The position numbers and the translations under genes were made by a program. The notes under the pieces were generated by a model. The model did no database searches, had not been told where the DNA came from, and worked only from the letters and a program-made list of their open reading frames with translations. 30,644 nucleotides of DNA, from positions 1 to 30,644 of the IMG/VR virus record IMGVR_UViG_3300032272_001391; one strand, written 5' to 3'. Positions 16,773-24,443 of this stretch are shown one piece after another. This stretch comes from a virus (lineage: Duplodnaviria; Caudoviricetes). The number at the start of each line of letters is the position of its first letter. Position 1 is the first letter of the stretch.

Positions 16773-17159
16773 ATGAGCAAATTTGAACAGGGATATTATA
16801 TTAATGAGGAGTTTTCAGTCTTTAACTGCAATATTTGCGGTGATTTTCAAATCAGAGAAATAGAAGAGCAGCTTCCAGACGGTTGCTGTAACCCAGAATG
16901 TGACAGCAATACAGACAGGGAGCCAGCACCGGGGCGCAAGCTTTATTATATGGATTATCCGGCTATTGATAATCCTCCCCCACCACCACCAAGGCACCCA
17001 AAGATTACGCCTGATTGTACTAAATGCAAAAATATAGAGATAAAAATAGTTAGTTTATCAGGTAGCCATGTTGATTATTGCCCACCGCAGGGAACAAAAT
17101 TAACTTCTGATTGCTACGGGTCAAAAGAATGTTACAGGCTATACGAGGAAAAACCTTGA
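16773..17159 (+). CDS. Cys-rich (zinc-binding) hypothetical protein
   Basis: CNIC...CCNPEC, poly-Pro linker, CTKC...C...C...C. Confidence 0.6.
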   Translation: MSKFEQGYYINEEFSVFNCNICGDFQIREIEEQLPDGCCNPECDSNTDREPAPGRKLYYMDYPAIDNPPPPPPRHPKITPDCTKCKNIEIKIVSLSGSHVDYCPPQGTKLTSDCYGSKECYRLYEEKP

Positions 17160-17325
17160 TACTATCCCGTAATTATAGTATACTATAAACATAGTCGTTG
17201 ACTATACCGGAGTGATTCCCGGACATTATGAAGTTAAGCCTTTTAAGGCGGCGTGGGGGACTTCATACCCGCCCTGACAGAATCACCGGGTAACCGTGTC
17301 AGGGGCCGACTTTGAAGGCTTTTTT
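17156..17325 (+). ncRNA. C4/CI-antisense-like cassette A (promoter, target elements, branched RNA, U tail)
   Basis: TTGATA-17-TATACT; GTGATTC and TATGAAGT upstream are reverse complements of bulge GAATCAC and loop ACTTCATA in a branched stem with a GTAA tetraloop. Confidence 0.8.
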
Positions 17326-17339
17326 ATTTGGAGGATTAT

Positions 17340-17570
17340 ATGAGCAAAATACATTTTGACCCATACGGTGATGATTATTCTTGTGTAGAAAATACGCCTT
17401 GCGGTGTGCGGATGCCAGAAGATTACAAGTCATCTTCATTATGGACAGATGTTGATTGTAAAAGATGTTTGTATAACAGAGCAAAACTAACAGACAGTTT
17501 TAAAGAAAACGAAAAGGCCATAGTAAATCAAATGGGGGATATGGCTGATTATTTAGAATATAAGGAGTAG
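17340..17570 (+). CDS. Small Cys-containing hypothetical protein
   Basis: GGAGG RBS supports the ATG at 17340; H...C...'VDCKRC'. Confidence 0.6.
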   Translation: MSKIHFDPYGDDYSCVENTPCGVRMPEDYKSSSLWTDVDCKRCLYNRAKLTDSFKENEKAIVNQMGDMADYLEYKE

Positions 17571-17573
17571 AGT

Positions 17574-17984
17574 ATGGATAAATATTTAATCACCGGTCAG
17601 GTTTGCGAGGTTTGGGATAAAATAGAAACGATTCAATCATTATATTTTATTAATTTTGATAAGGATAATAAACCGGTTTTCGGTATCCACCCCACAAGTA
17701 CAAGAACGCTAATACAATTAGCCAATTACCGCCCAATAGGTACAGAGTGGGACTTCGCCCCTGATTGGGCGGTGTGTAGTACGGTTGATAAAAATGGCGT
17801 TGTGTCTTTTTGGAGCAATACAGGAGTGCAGTCTTCTTGTGAGCGCTGGTATAGCTGGAGTGAAGTCTCTGATTGTTATGGGTGTGGAATATGCCCCGAT
17901 AAATCCCGCTACCAGGGCGACGCCTGGAAAACAAGCTTAAGAATGCGCCCAGATTGGGCAAAGGAGATAACCAATGGCAATTAA
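17574..17984 (+). CDS. Hypothetical phage protein
   Basis: AAGGAG RBS; 'WDFAPDWAV...WKTSLRMRP' motif seen in small phage proteins. Confidence 0.6.
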   Translation: MDKYLITGQVCEVWDKIETIQSLYFINFDKDNKPVFGIHPTSTRTLIQLANYRPIGTEWDFAPDWAVCSTVDKNGVVSFWSNTGVQSSCERWYSWSEVSDCYGCGICPDKSRYQGDAWKTSLRMRPDWAKEITNGN

Positions 17985-18234
17985 ATATAAGAAAGAGCAA
18001 GGAGGGGAATCTTATCAATTAGGCCCCTACCGTGTGTCTATCCATAAATACATTGGTTGCGGTCATGATTTATTTTTATCATGCAACCGGCTGAACATCG
18101 TACAAAAAAGCTTAAACACTACTGATATCATAGAGGCTAGGGCTCAAGCCTCAGTCGAAATACTAAGAAATATTGGAGAACTTTCTAAATACCACAAAGA
18201 TATTATTAAGGGGATGTACGATAATGACAATTAA
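17974..18234 (+). CDS. Hypothetical protein
   Basis: AAGGAG RBS. Confidence 0.55.
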   Translation: MAIKYKKEQGGESYQLGPYRVSIHKYIGCGHDLFLSCNRLNIVQKSLNTTDIIEARAQASVEILRNIGELSKYHKDIIKGMYDNDN

Positions 18235-18808
18235 AGAGATAGCAGAAGTATTAAATGTCAGCAGGGACTTAATCGAAAAGAGAATCAAGGAATTATTCCC
18301 CGGCAAGATGATGAAGGGCGTTACTACTCATTTAAATGAGGCGGAAGTAACTATGGTTAAGCTGCGAATACAAGAGAATAGCTCTTTAATCACTTCCGAT
18401 GATCGTCGGAAGTTGCCAAAAACCAACCTTGAAAAAGAATTGATTATCCAGCAAGCCCAAATCTACCAGCAAGAAAAGGTGGCAGCTCTTATTGAAGAAA
18501 ATAAAAGGCTACTACCTAAGGCTCAATTCTTTGACAGGGTAACCGACTCTACCAGTACTTTTGATATGGGGGAAGCTGCCAAGGTGCTAAATTTAGGGAT
18601 GGGTAGAAACGCCCTATTTTTATACTTAAGACACAAAAAGGTATTAATGGCTAATAATGAGCCGTATCAAAAATATATAGACCTTGGTTATTTCCGTGTC
18701 ATAGAGCAAGAGTATACCCAAGGGGCCAAGGGGACAAAAGTTAAACTTAAGACTCTTGTTTACCAAAAAGGGATTAATTTTATACTTAAGCTGTGGGGGA
18801 TGAGATGA
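18224..18808 (+). CDS. ant: Phage antirepressor (N-terminal HTH + KilAC/ANT domain)
   Basis: 'MTIKEIAEVL', 'PKAQFFDRV', 'EAAKVL..GRNALFLYLR..KVLM..NEPYQKYIDLGYF', 'TLVYQKG'. Confidence 0.88.
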   Translation: MTIKEIAEVLNVSRDLIEKRIKELFPGKMMKGVTTHLNEAEVTMVKLRIQENSSLITSDDRRKLPKTNLEKELIIQQAQIYQQEKVAALIEENKRLLPKAQFFDRVTDSTSTFDMGEAAKVLNLGMGRNALFLYLRHKKVLMANNEPYQKYIDLGYFRVIEQEYTQGAKGTKVKLKTLVYQKGINFILKLWGMR

Positions 18809-18975
18809 AAATAAATGATTGTAAATGTGGCAGCATTAAGCGCGGGATAAAATACGGCAACCCTTGTGATTTTGGTCAAGTGAAATGTTTTACTTGCGGA
18901 GCCGTAGGGCCGGTAATGGAAACTAATAAAGATATAATTATTGAATGGAATAAATTAAATGAGGCAAAACCATGA
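18805..18975 (+). CDS. Lar-like zinc-ribbon protein
   Basis: 'DCKCGS...VKCFTCGAVGP...IIEWN'. Confidence 0.6.
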   Translation: MKINDCKCGSIKRGIKYGNPCDFGQVKCFTCGAVGPVMETNKDIIIEWNKLNEAKP

Positions 18976-19205
18976 AAAATCTATGCTATAAGCCTAATAG
19001 CCCCATAAATGAAGTGCTTGCCGGCCCGATACGGTCGGCTATGTATTGGTTAAGTAGGGGGAACTATGTTAGATACGCTATGGAGTTAACCATGGCTAAA
19101 ACTTATTTCATGCAGATTAAAGATAGGGATTTTACAGATTCGGAAAGCGACGCCCTTAATATGTCCCGTTATCATGCAAGGGTTTTTAATCTGGGGGCTA
19201 AATGA
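18972..19205 (+). CDS. Hypothetical protein
   Basis: ATGA overlap with both neighbours. Confidence 0.5.
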   Translation: MKNLCYKPNSPINEVLAGPIRSAMYWLSRGNYVRYAMELTMAKTYFMQIKDRDFTDSESDALNMSRYHARVFNLGAK

Positions 19206-19363
19206 GAATTATTAAAATAGAAAATTGTTTTATGTGCCCCTATGTTTCACCATCTATAATTAATGGTCACTGTAAAAAGCCTGGAGGGACAAGATTTAGA
19301 GTAATAAAGGATACCTCTGGGCCAATACCTAATTGGTGTCCCTTAGAGAAAGCAAAGGAGTAA
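19202..19363 (+). CDS. Small 'CxxC...WCPL' phage protein (53 aa, absent from the ORF track)
   Basis: MRIIKIENCFMCPY...HC...IPNWCPLEKAKE. Confidence 0.65.
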   Translation: MRIIKIENCFMCPYVSPSIINGHCKKPGGTRFRVIKDTSGPIPNWCPLEKAKE

Positions 19364-19368
19364 TAAGG

Positions 19369-19536
19369 ATGGGAGAAAAGAAATACACACTTGCAGAGGT
19401 GGCCGATATAATAATGGATATGGAAATAATGATAACTATAAATGGATTTTTTAATCACGACGGTACCCATAAAACAAAAACGGAATATGGCAAAATGCTC
19501 ATTACTAATCTTTGTAAACAATTGAGGGATAAATGA
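19369..19536 (+). CDS. Small hypothetical protein
   Basis: AAGGAG RBS before the ATG at 19369. Confidence 0.5.
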   Translation: MGEKKYTLAEVADIIMDMEIMITINGFFNHDGTHKTKTEYGKMLITNLCKQLRDK

Positions 19537-19545
19537 AAACACCCC

Positions 19546-19669
19546 TTGAAACAATATCAAAATTGTAGTAGTATATAATAGTCAGTGTGCAGATTGACAA
19601 ACAATTTGGCCGTTGTGCCGGGTGATAAACAAGGACTGCACTCCTTGCACCTGGCAGAGCGGCTTTTTT
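19546..19669 (+). ncRNA. C4-like cassette B
   Basis: TTGAAA-17-TAGTAT; hairpin loop GTGCAG complementary to apical loop CTGCAC of a long U-tailed stem. Confidence 0.75.
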
Positions 19670-19685
19670 AATTAATGGAGGTTTT

Positions 19686-19958
19686 ATGGTATTTATAGTT
19701 TATTGGAAAAACGGAAATACAGGACTTGTAGAAGGCAATTCGGCGTTAGATGCTTTAAAAAGATATGGTTCTTTCACAAAGTATTTAGAGGATAAATCAA
19801 ACGAAATTAGAAAGTATAAAATTAATGACTGTTTATTTGGTTCTGTTGAATTGACAGCAGCCCATAAATATTATTGCCTAAATAGGAAAGAGAACTTTGA
19901 AAACTTGTCAATTTGTTTAGGGTGCTCTGCGAGGAGTTCAAATGCAAATAATAAATAA
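19686..19958 (+). CDS. Hypothetical protein downstream of cassette B
   Basis: GGAGGT RBS; C-terminal Cys residues. Confidence 0.55.
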   Translation: MVFIVYWKNGNTGLVEGNSALDALKRYGSFTKYLEDKSNEIRKYKINDCLFGSVELTAAHKYYCLNRKENFENLSICLGCSARSSNANNK

Positions 19959-19986
19959 TTGGAGGATGTATGGGAGGACCGAATAA

Positions 19987-21051
19987 ATGAGGTCTACAAG
20001 AAAACAGCCGTTTAGCTGGCAAGAAAAGAAAGTATTGAGAATCATAAGGAAAAAGTATTCAGGTTCTATGAATGCAAAACTAAGAAACCTTTACCTTACT
20101 ATTACAGAAATGGACAGCGATTTTAATAGCCAGGACATTAAGTTTTACACCAAAAGCATTAACACCTACTCAGGCCTATCTACCGAATGGATACCAACAG
20201 GGTTAAAAATACTTGAAAATGAATTGAATATTATTGAGATAATAGAAGAGAGGGAGGGGGGCAAATTTAAAGCCAAGACTATAAAGTTTACCCCTGATAA
20301 TATTAAAGAATTACCCCATAAAACCGTTACCGGTAAAACCTTTAACGGTGAATCCGTTACCGGTAAAAATGCTACATTAAAAGATAGTTCTTATTTAGAA
20401 GATAATTCTTATTTAGAAGATAGTTCTTATTTAGAAGATAATAAAGAAGAGCTCCCTCCTCTCGGTGATAATATACAAATTAACAGGTATAAAGATAATG
20501 ATATTAATAACTTTATCATAAAAGCAAAGCACTTAGGGTTTAAGCCAGCTCCAAGGTTTTCTACGTTAAATGTTGATCCGGTTAAACTTATAAAATTGAT
20601 TGATAATTTATCTGCATTCTCCAGAGAAGAGGTTTTAACTGCTATAGAGACTTATATTTCAATACTGGAAGACCCAGAAACTTACAACCTATACAACAAG
20701 TACGGCTCAATAGTCAGCTTTTTGACAAAGGGGGTGGAGCTGTTCAGCCAACCGGATGTAGCCAGGTCACATTACCGAATAAAAGGCAAGGAGTCGCTGA
20801 AGGTGAACAGGGCGGTTGACTACCAGATTAAATCTAAGTGTGTCCACTGCAAGAAGGTATTTGACAAGGAGCTCTATAACTGCCCTGAGTGCGGGAAGGA
20901 CAGGAACCATTTACCGGAAATCTGCTATTACTGTGGCATTAAGTTTGAAAGAGACGATCAAGACTATTGCACCGGTGAAAATAGCGCAGGGGAAAAATGC
21001 GGGAAGCCCAGGGCTAGAGAGATGACCGTTAAGGTAAATAGAGGAGGTTAA
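19987..21051 (+). CDS. Replication initiator (lambda O-like layout) with C-terminal zinc ribbons
   Basis: N-terminal winged-HTH-like region, internal iteron repeats, C-terminal CVHC/CPEC/CYYC/C..C. Confidence 0.7.
   Translation: MRSTRKQPFSWQEKKVLRIIRKKYSGSMNAKLRNLYLTITEMDSDFNSQDIKFYTKSINTYSGLSTEWIPTGLKILENELNIIEIIEEREGGKFKAKTIKFTPDNIKELPHKTVTGKTFNGESVTGKNATLKDSSYLEDNSYLEDSSYLEDNKEELPPLGDNIQINRYKDNDINNFIIKAKHLGFKPAPRFSTLNVDPVKLIKLIDNLSAFSREEVLTAIETYISILEDPETYNLYNKYGSIVSFLTKGVELFSQPDVARSHYRIKGKESLKVNRAVDYQIKSKCVHCKKVFDKELYNCPECGKDRNHLPEICYYCGIKFERDDQDYCTGENSAGEKCGKPRAREMTVKVNRGG
20321..20365 (+). repeat. Three 15-bp iteron-like repeats
   Basis: AAACCGTTACCGGTA / AAACCTTTAACGGTG / AATCCGTTACCGGTA. 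Confidence 0.85.
20381..20441 (+). repeat. AT-rich 18-bp tandem repeat x3 plus a partial copy
   Basis: AAGATA(G/A)TTCTTATTTAG units. Confidence 0.9.
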
Positions 21052-21056
21052 TAATT

Positions 21057-21383
21057 ATGAGAAGAGAAAAATTTGACAAAGTAAAAAAAATAACAAAGCA
21101 AAAAGAATTCACTCAAAAACAAATTTACTTGATTGAAATAATGAATAACATATTTAGGGAGTGTAAAAAATCAGGACTTGTGTTTGAGGGGAAGGGTAGA
21201 AACTTAATTTGTTATAGGAAAATAAATTATGATTATGCAAATTCCGCACATGGTAACATTCATAGTATTTACCATGGAAGCGAGTCTTTAAAAAATATTA
21301 TCATAAAAGATTATGGAACATATAAAGATAGCGGGGCAGATGACGAACTATACTTCCCTGTGCAAAAAGATATAGGAGAATAG
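21057..21383 (+). CDS. Hypothetical protein
   Basis: GAGGAGGT RBS. Confidence 0.55.
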   Translation: MRREKFDKVKKITKQKEFTQKQIYLIEIMNNIFRECKKSGLVFEGKGRNLICYRKINYDYANSAHGNIHSIYHGSESLKNIIIKDYGTYKDSGADDELYFPVQKDIGE

Positions 21384-21388
21384 ATATT

Positions 21389-21670
21389 ATGACATTCTAT
21401 AAGTATACAGACAAAGAAGACGATATTAAAAAAATAAAAGAACGATGCACGTTCGAGGTTTTTAAAAACGGCGTGCCTGTTGGGTGCGGGTGTACCAACG
21501 TTTATGGGTACACAAAGCAATTGAGTAGAAAACAATTATTCGGCGCAAAGCGGGTATTTGAAAAAATGCCATTATGCGAGGAGCATTTTAAATATGCGGT
21601 TGGAGCCTCTTTAAAGGGTGCGTCTATTGTTAATAAGAAATATTTTAAAAAAGATGGCAGTATTGCTTGA
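21389..21670 (+). CDS. Hypothetical zinc-binding protein
   Basis: AGGAG RBS; C...CGC...'LCEEH'. Confidence 0.55.
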   Translation: MTFYKYTDKEDDIKKIKERCTFEVFKNGVPVGCGCTNVYGYTKQLSRKQLFGAKRVFEKMPLCEEHFKYAVGASLKGASIVNKKYFKKDGSIA

Positions 21671-21800
21671 TAAATAACTTGATAAGTAGTATACTGTATA
21701 TATCGGTAGTAGCTAGCTGATATTAACCAAGCCTATTTGGGTGGTACTTTTCCGGCGTTAGCTACGATAACCGGGGGTACTTACCAAATGGGCTTTTTTT
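21667..21800 (+). ncRNA. C4-like cassette C
   Basis: TTGATA-17-TATACT; hairpin loop GTAGCTA complementary to TAGCTAC at the apex of a long U-tailed stem. Confidence 0.75.
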
Positions 21801-21816
21801 ATTAATGGAGGATTTT

Positions 21817-22002
21817 GTGAAAAGAGAAAGAGCAACTGAATTAGAGTATTTAGAATGGTTTTACTATAATGCAGACTTTGGCCCTGCTGACAGCGATGTG
21901 CGTGATAATATGAACAAAGAGTTTATGGACCGCAAGGGCAAGAATATCCCAAAAGGATATAATTATGCATCCGATGGCGAAACTATTATTGATAAGGAAT
22001 AA
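21817..22002 (+). CDS. Small hypothetical protein downstream of cassette C
   Basis: GGAGG RBS supports the GTG at 21817; 'ELEYLEWFYYNADFGPAD'. Confidence 0.6.
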   Translation: MKRERATELEYLEWFYYNADFGPADSDVRDNMNKEFMDRKGKNIPKGYNYASDGETIIDKE

Positions 22003-22005
22003 ATT

Positions 22006-22347
22006 ATGATATCAGACAGAGAGAACAGATTTTTAAAAGCTTTAGGGATAACTCCGGGACCGTGGCATTTAGACGATGACACACCCGGCCATACTACTGT
22101 TTTAAGATTTGATTTAACTGCACCGAGTGTAAAACACCAAAGTCACGAAGATGCAAATCTTTCATCAAAAGCCCCTGAAATGTTTTTATTTATGTTTCGC
22201 AAATTGTGCGGATCAATTAGTTTTATAGATCTTGATATGATGCAAGAGCAAGATCAAATTGAATGGAAAGAAGATAGTAAAATAATCGAATCAGCCGCCG
22301 GTAAACCCTGGACGGAAATAGTTGAAATATGGGAGGGATTAGAGTGA
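22006..22347 (+). CDS. Hypothetical phage protein (TPGPW...APE type)
   Basis: 'TPGPW...DANLSSKAPEM' motif common in small phage proteins. Confidence 0.6.
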   Translation: MISDRENRFLKALGITPGPWHLDDDTPGHTTVLRFDLTAPSVKHQSHEDANLSSKAPEMFLFMFRKLCGSISFIDLDMMQEQDQIEWKEDSKIIESAAGKPWTEIVEIWEGLE

Positions 22348-23057
22348 ACACAAAAGAGCTAATTAAAGCAGCACACCAAAACGCAGTTACAAAAGGATTT
22401 TATACTTGCCCAGAATGTAAGGGTGTCAAGGTTTATCCTCCATGCAATCACACAGGGTGTTATAATCATATAAGTCACCCCTGCGAAGGGTGTGGTAGAA
22501 TTGTAGGCAAATGCCCCACTTGCGACGGTGCCAGCGAATACGCCGACATAGGCACCTTGTTAATGCGAATAGTAACCGAGATATCTAAAGCGGTAGAGGC
22601 GCATAGGAAAAATAGGTTTGCATTATGGGATTTATATAGCAGGTCTGTGGAAATTCAAGAGTTCCCTCCATTTGAAGAAAAAGCAGCTTTTAGCCATTAT
22701 ATCAAAGATACCTTTGAAGATAAAATAGCCGGTACCTTCATTAAGCTTTTTGAGCTTTACGGGTATTTATGGGTAGATCGTGACATTATAGAAATTGACG
22801 AACCGAGAGAATTGAGAATTGCAAATAATAAAAATATCCCTGGATTTCTTTATGAGTGTTTAACTGTTTTGCCTAGAGTATATCAAATGTATGTAGAGGA
22901 TGAGTTTATCGACAGTATTAGTTATTTTTACAGTGTGATGCTTTATTTTTGCACTGATAATAAAATAGACATTCAAAAGCACATAACCGCAAAGATGGCC
23001 TACAATTTGACCAGGCCCCCGCAAGCACGGAGAGGAGTATTAAATGATAACATATGA
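22344..23057 (+). CDS. MazG-like NTP-pyrophosphatase-fold protein, degenerate, with zinc-finger insertion
   Basis: 'AHQNAVTKGF', 'LMRIVTEISKAVEAHRK', 'KDTFEDKIAGTFIKLFE', 'HITAKMAYNLTRP'; several acidic motif residues substituted. Confidence 0.7.
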   Translation: MNTKELIKAAHQNAVTKGFYTCPECKGVKVYPPCNHTGCYNHISHPCEGCGRIVGKCPTCDGASEYADIGTLLMRIVTEISKAVEAHRKNRFALWDLYSRSVEIQEFPPFEEKAAFSHYIKDTFEDKIAGTFIKLFELYGYLWVDRDIIEIDEPRELRIANNKNIPGFLYECLTVLPRVYQMYVEDEFIDSISYFYSVMLYFCTDNKIDIQKHITAKMAYNLTRPPQARRGVLNDNI

Positions 23058-23670
23058 GCAATTAAAAGATAAATCACCGGTTGAATTCTGGCAGTGGTGC
23101 TGTGAGTTGGCTGAGGGTTGGAGTCTTTACGAATCAGGGCACCGATATTTTAGGTGTACTTGTAGACCCGGAGGAAGTTCTTTAATATTGGATAGTATTT
23201 TCCCTGAAAGTAATCAATTGTTAATATCCCAATTATTCCAACGCACAATAGACCGGGTTAATAGTGCTAAGTTGACAGAGAGTTCATGCGGGATTACATC
23301 AAAAAGATGGGATATAAAAATTTATAAATGTTTAAAAGGTGTTGGGGATATGAGTTGGTTTGAATACGAAAACTACCAACCAGCCCACGGCCTAACCAGC
23401 CAAGACCTTGCCAGGTGGGACGCACTACTTAAGGTGTGGGAGATGGAAACAATAAAGCGTATAAGCCCGGTTATATATAAAAAATATCCAAAAGGCACAG
23501 TACTTATAGACACCCATAACGAAACTATGGTTATTGCGTTTAAATTCATGGTAAGAGACCCAGATAAAGAATATGATGAAAGTAGATTTAAATTTGTATG
23601 TGATAAGCCCCATGATGACGGTGATTTTTCTTATACTTGCAGTTCTAGTTTTTGCCGGTGTAAGTCATAA
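23044..23670 (+). CDS. Hypothetical protein
   Basis: GAGGAG RBS; 208-aa ORF. Confidence 0.55.
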   Translation: MITYEQLKDKSPVEFWQWCCELAEGWSLYESGHRYFRCTCRPGGSSLILDSIFPESNQLLISQLFQRTIDRVNSAKLTESSCGITSKRWDIKIYKCLKGVGDMSWFEYENYQPAHGLTSQDLARWDALLKVWEMETIKRISPVIYKKYPKGTVLIDTHNETMVIAFKFMVRDPDKEYDESRFKFVCDKPHDDGDFSYTCSSSFCRCKS

Positions 23671-24125
23671 TGAGACATGAATCAAAAGCATATACATATA
23701 TTAAGCACGCCTGCGAAGATGTCGGAGCGTTTTATTATAAAATACCGGATACATTAGGGCAGCGGTTCACGCCTCCCAAACCTTTCGATTTATTGGTTAC
23801 TTTTCGTGGCGTTTCTATATACATGGAGGTCAAGTATTACAAGGATCTTGCAGCATTCTCGACTAAAAACTTAAGCGATAATCAGAATGAAAGCTTAAGC
23901 TTAATTCTTGACAATAGAGACCATGATAAAGTCTACATAAGACCGATGGCTTGCCTATTTGTATACAGGCCAAGGGAAATTAAGCGGCTGTACTTTTTTT
24001 GCTATGGATGGTTAAAAAAGAACCCGCAGAAAAAAACAGATATGAAACTTATTACCAAATATGTTGATGTTGAAAAAGACACCTTCAATTTACACGATAT
24101 GTTTGCAAACATGATAGGGTTTTGA
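23670..24125 (+). CDS. PD-(D/E)XK nuclease, RecU/Hjc-like Holliday junction resolvase
   Basis: 'HES...YYKIPD...KPFDLL...YMEVK...LSDNQNESL'. Confidence 0.75.
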   Translation: MRHESKAYTYIKHACEDVGAFYYKIPDTLGQRFTPPKPFDLLVTFRGVSIYMEVKYYKDLAAFSTKNLSDNQNESLSLILDNRDHDKVYIRPMACLFVYRPREIKRLYFFCYGWLKKNPQKKTDMKLITKYVDVEKDTFNLHDMFANMIGF

Positions 24126-24146
24126 GCAAATAAAAAGGAGTTATGT

Positions 24147-24443
24147 ATGTTTAAATTTATAATAAAGCGGTCTTTACGTGTGCTTATAAAGAATAGGCTA
24201 ATAATTATGGTTTTCTTTTCTTTATCGGTGTTTATAATTTTTTCTACTGGGGTGGCGTGTTATGAGTTAGGGATGAGCAAGACAGAAATATTTTTATTCA
24301 CGGCAACAATAGGGTTTTTTGTTTTAGGCAGTGTTATTGCTGGCGGAGTAGGTCATTTTAAAGGGGAGTATTTGCCGAAATTAAAAAAAGAATATATTAA
24401 TGATTACAAGGAGAAAAGCAATGAACCAATTACAAAAGAATAA
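24147..24443 (+). CDS. Two-TM membrane protein
   Basis: Two hydrophobic segments; AAGGAG RBS. Confidence 0.55.
   Translation: MFKFIIKRSLRVLIKNRLIIMVFFSLSVFIIFSTGVACYELGMSKTEIFLFTATIGFFVLGSVIAGGVGHFKGEYLPKLKKEYINDYKEKSNEPITKE

Noticed and set aside
20381-20441. CRISPR array
   Set aside because: Repeats are directly tandem without spacers, in frame within a gene, and no cas genes are present
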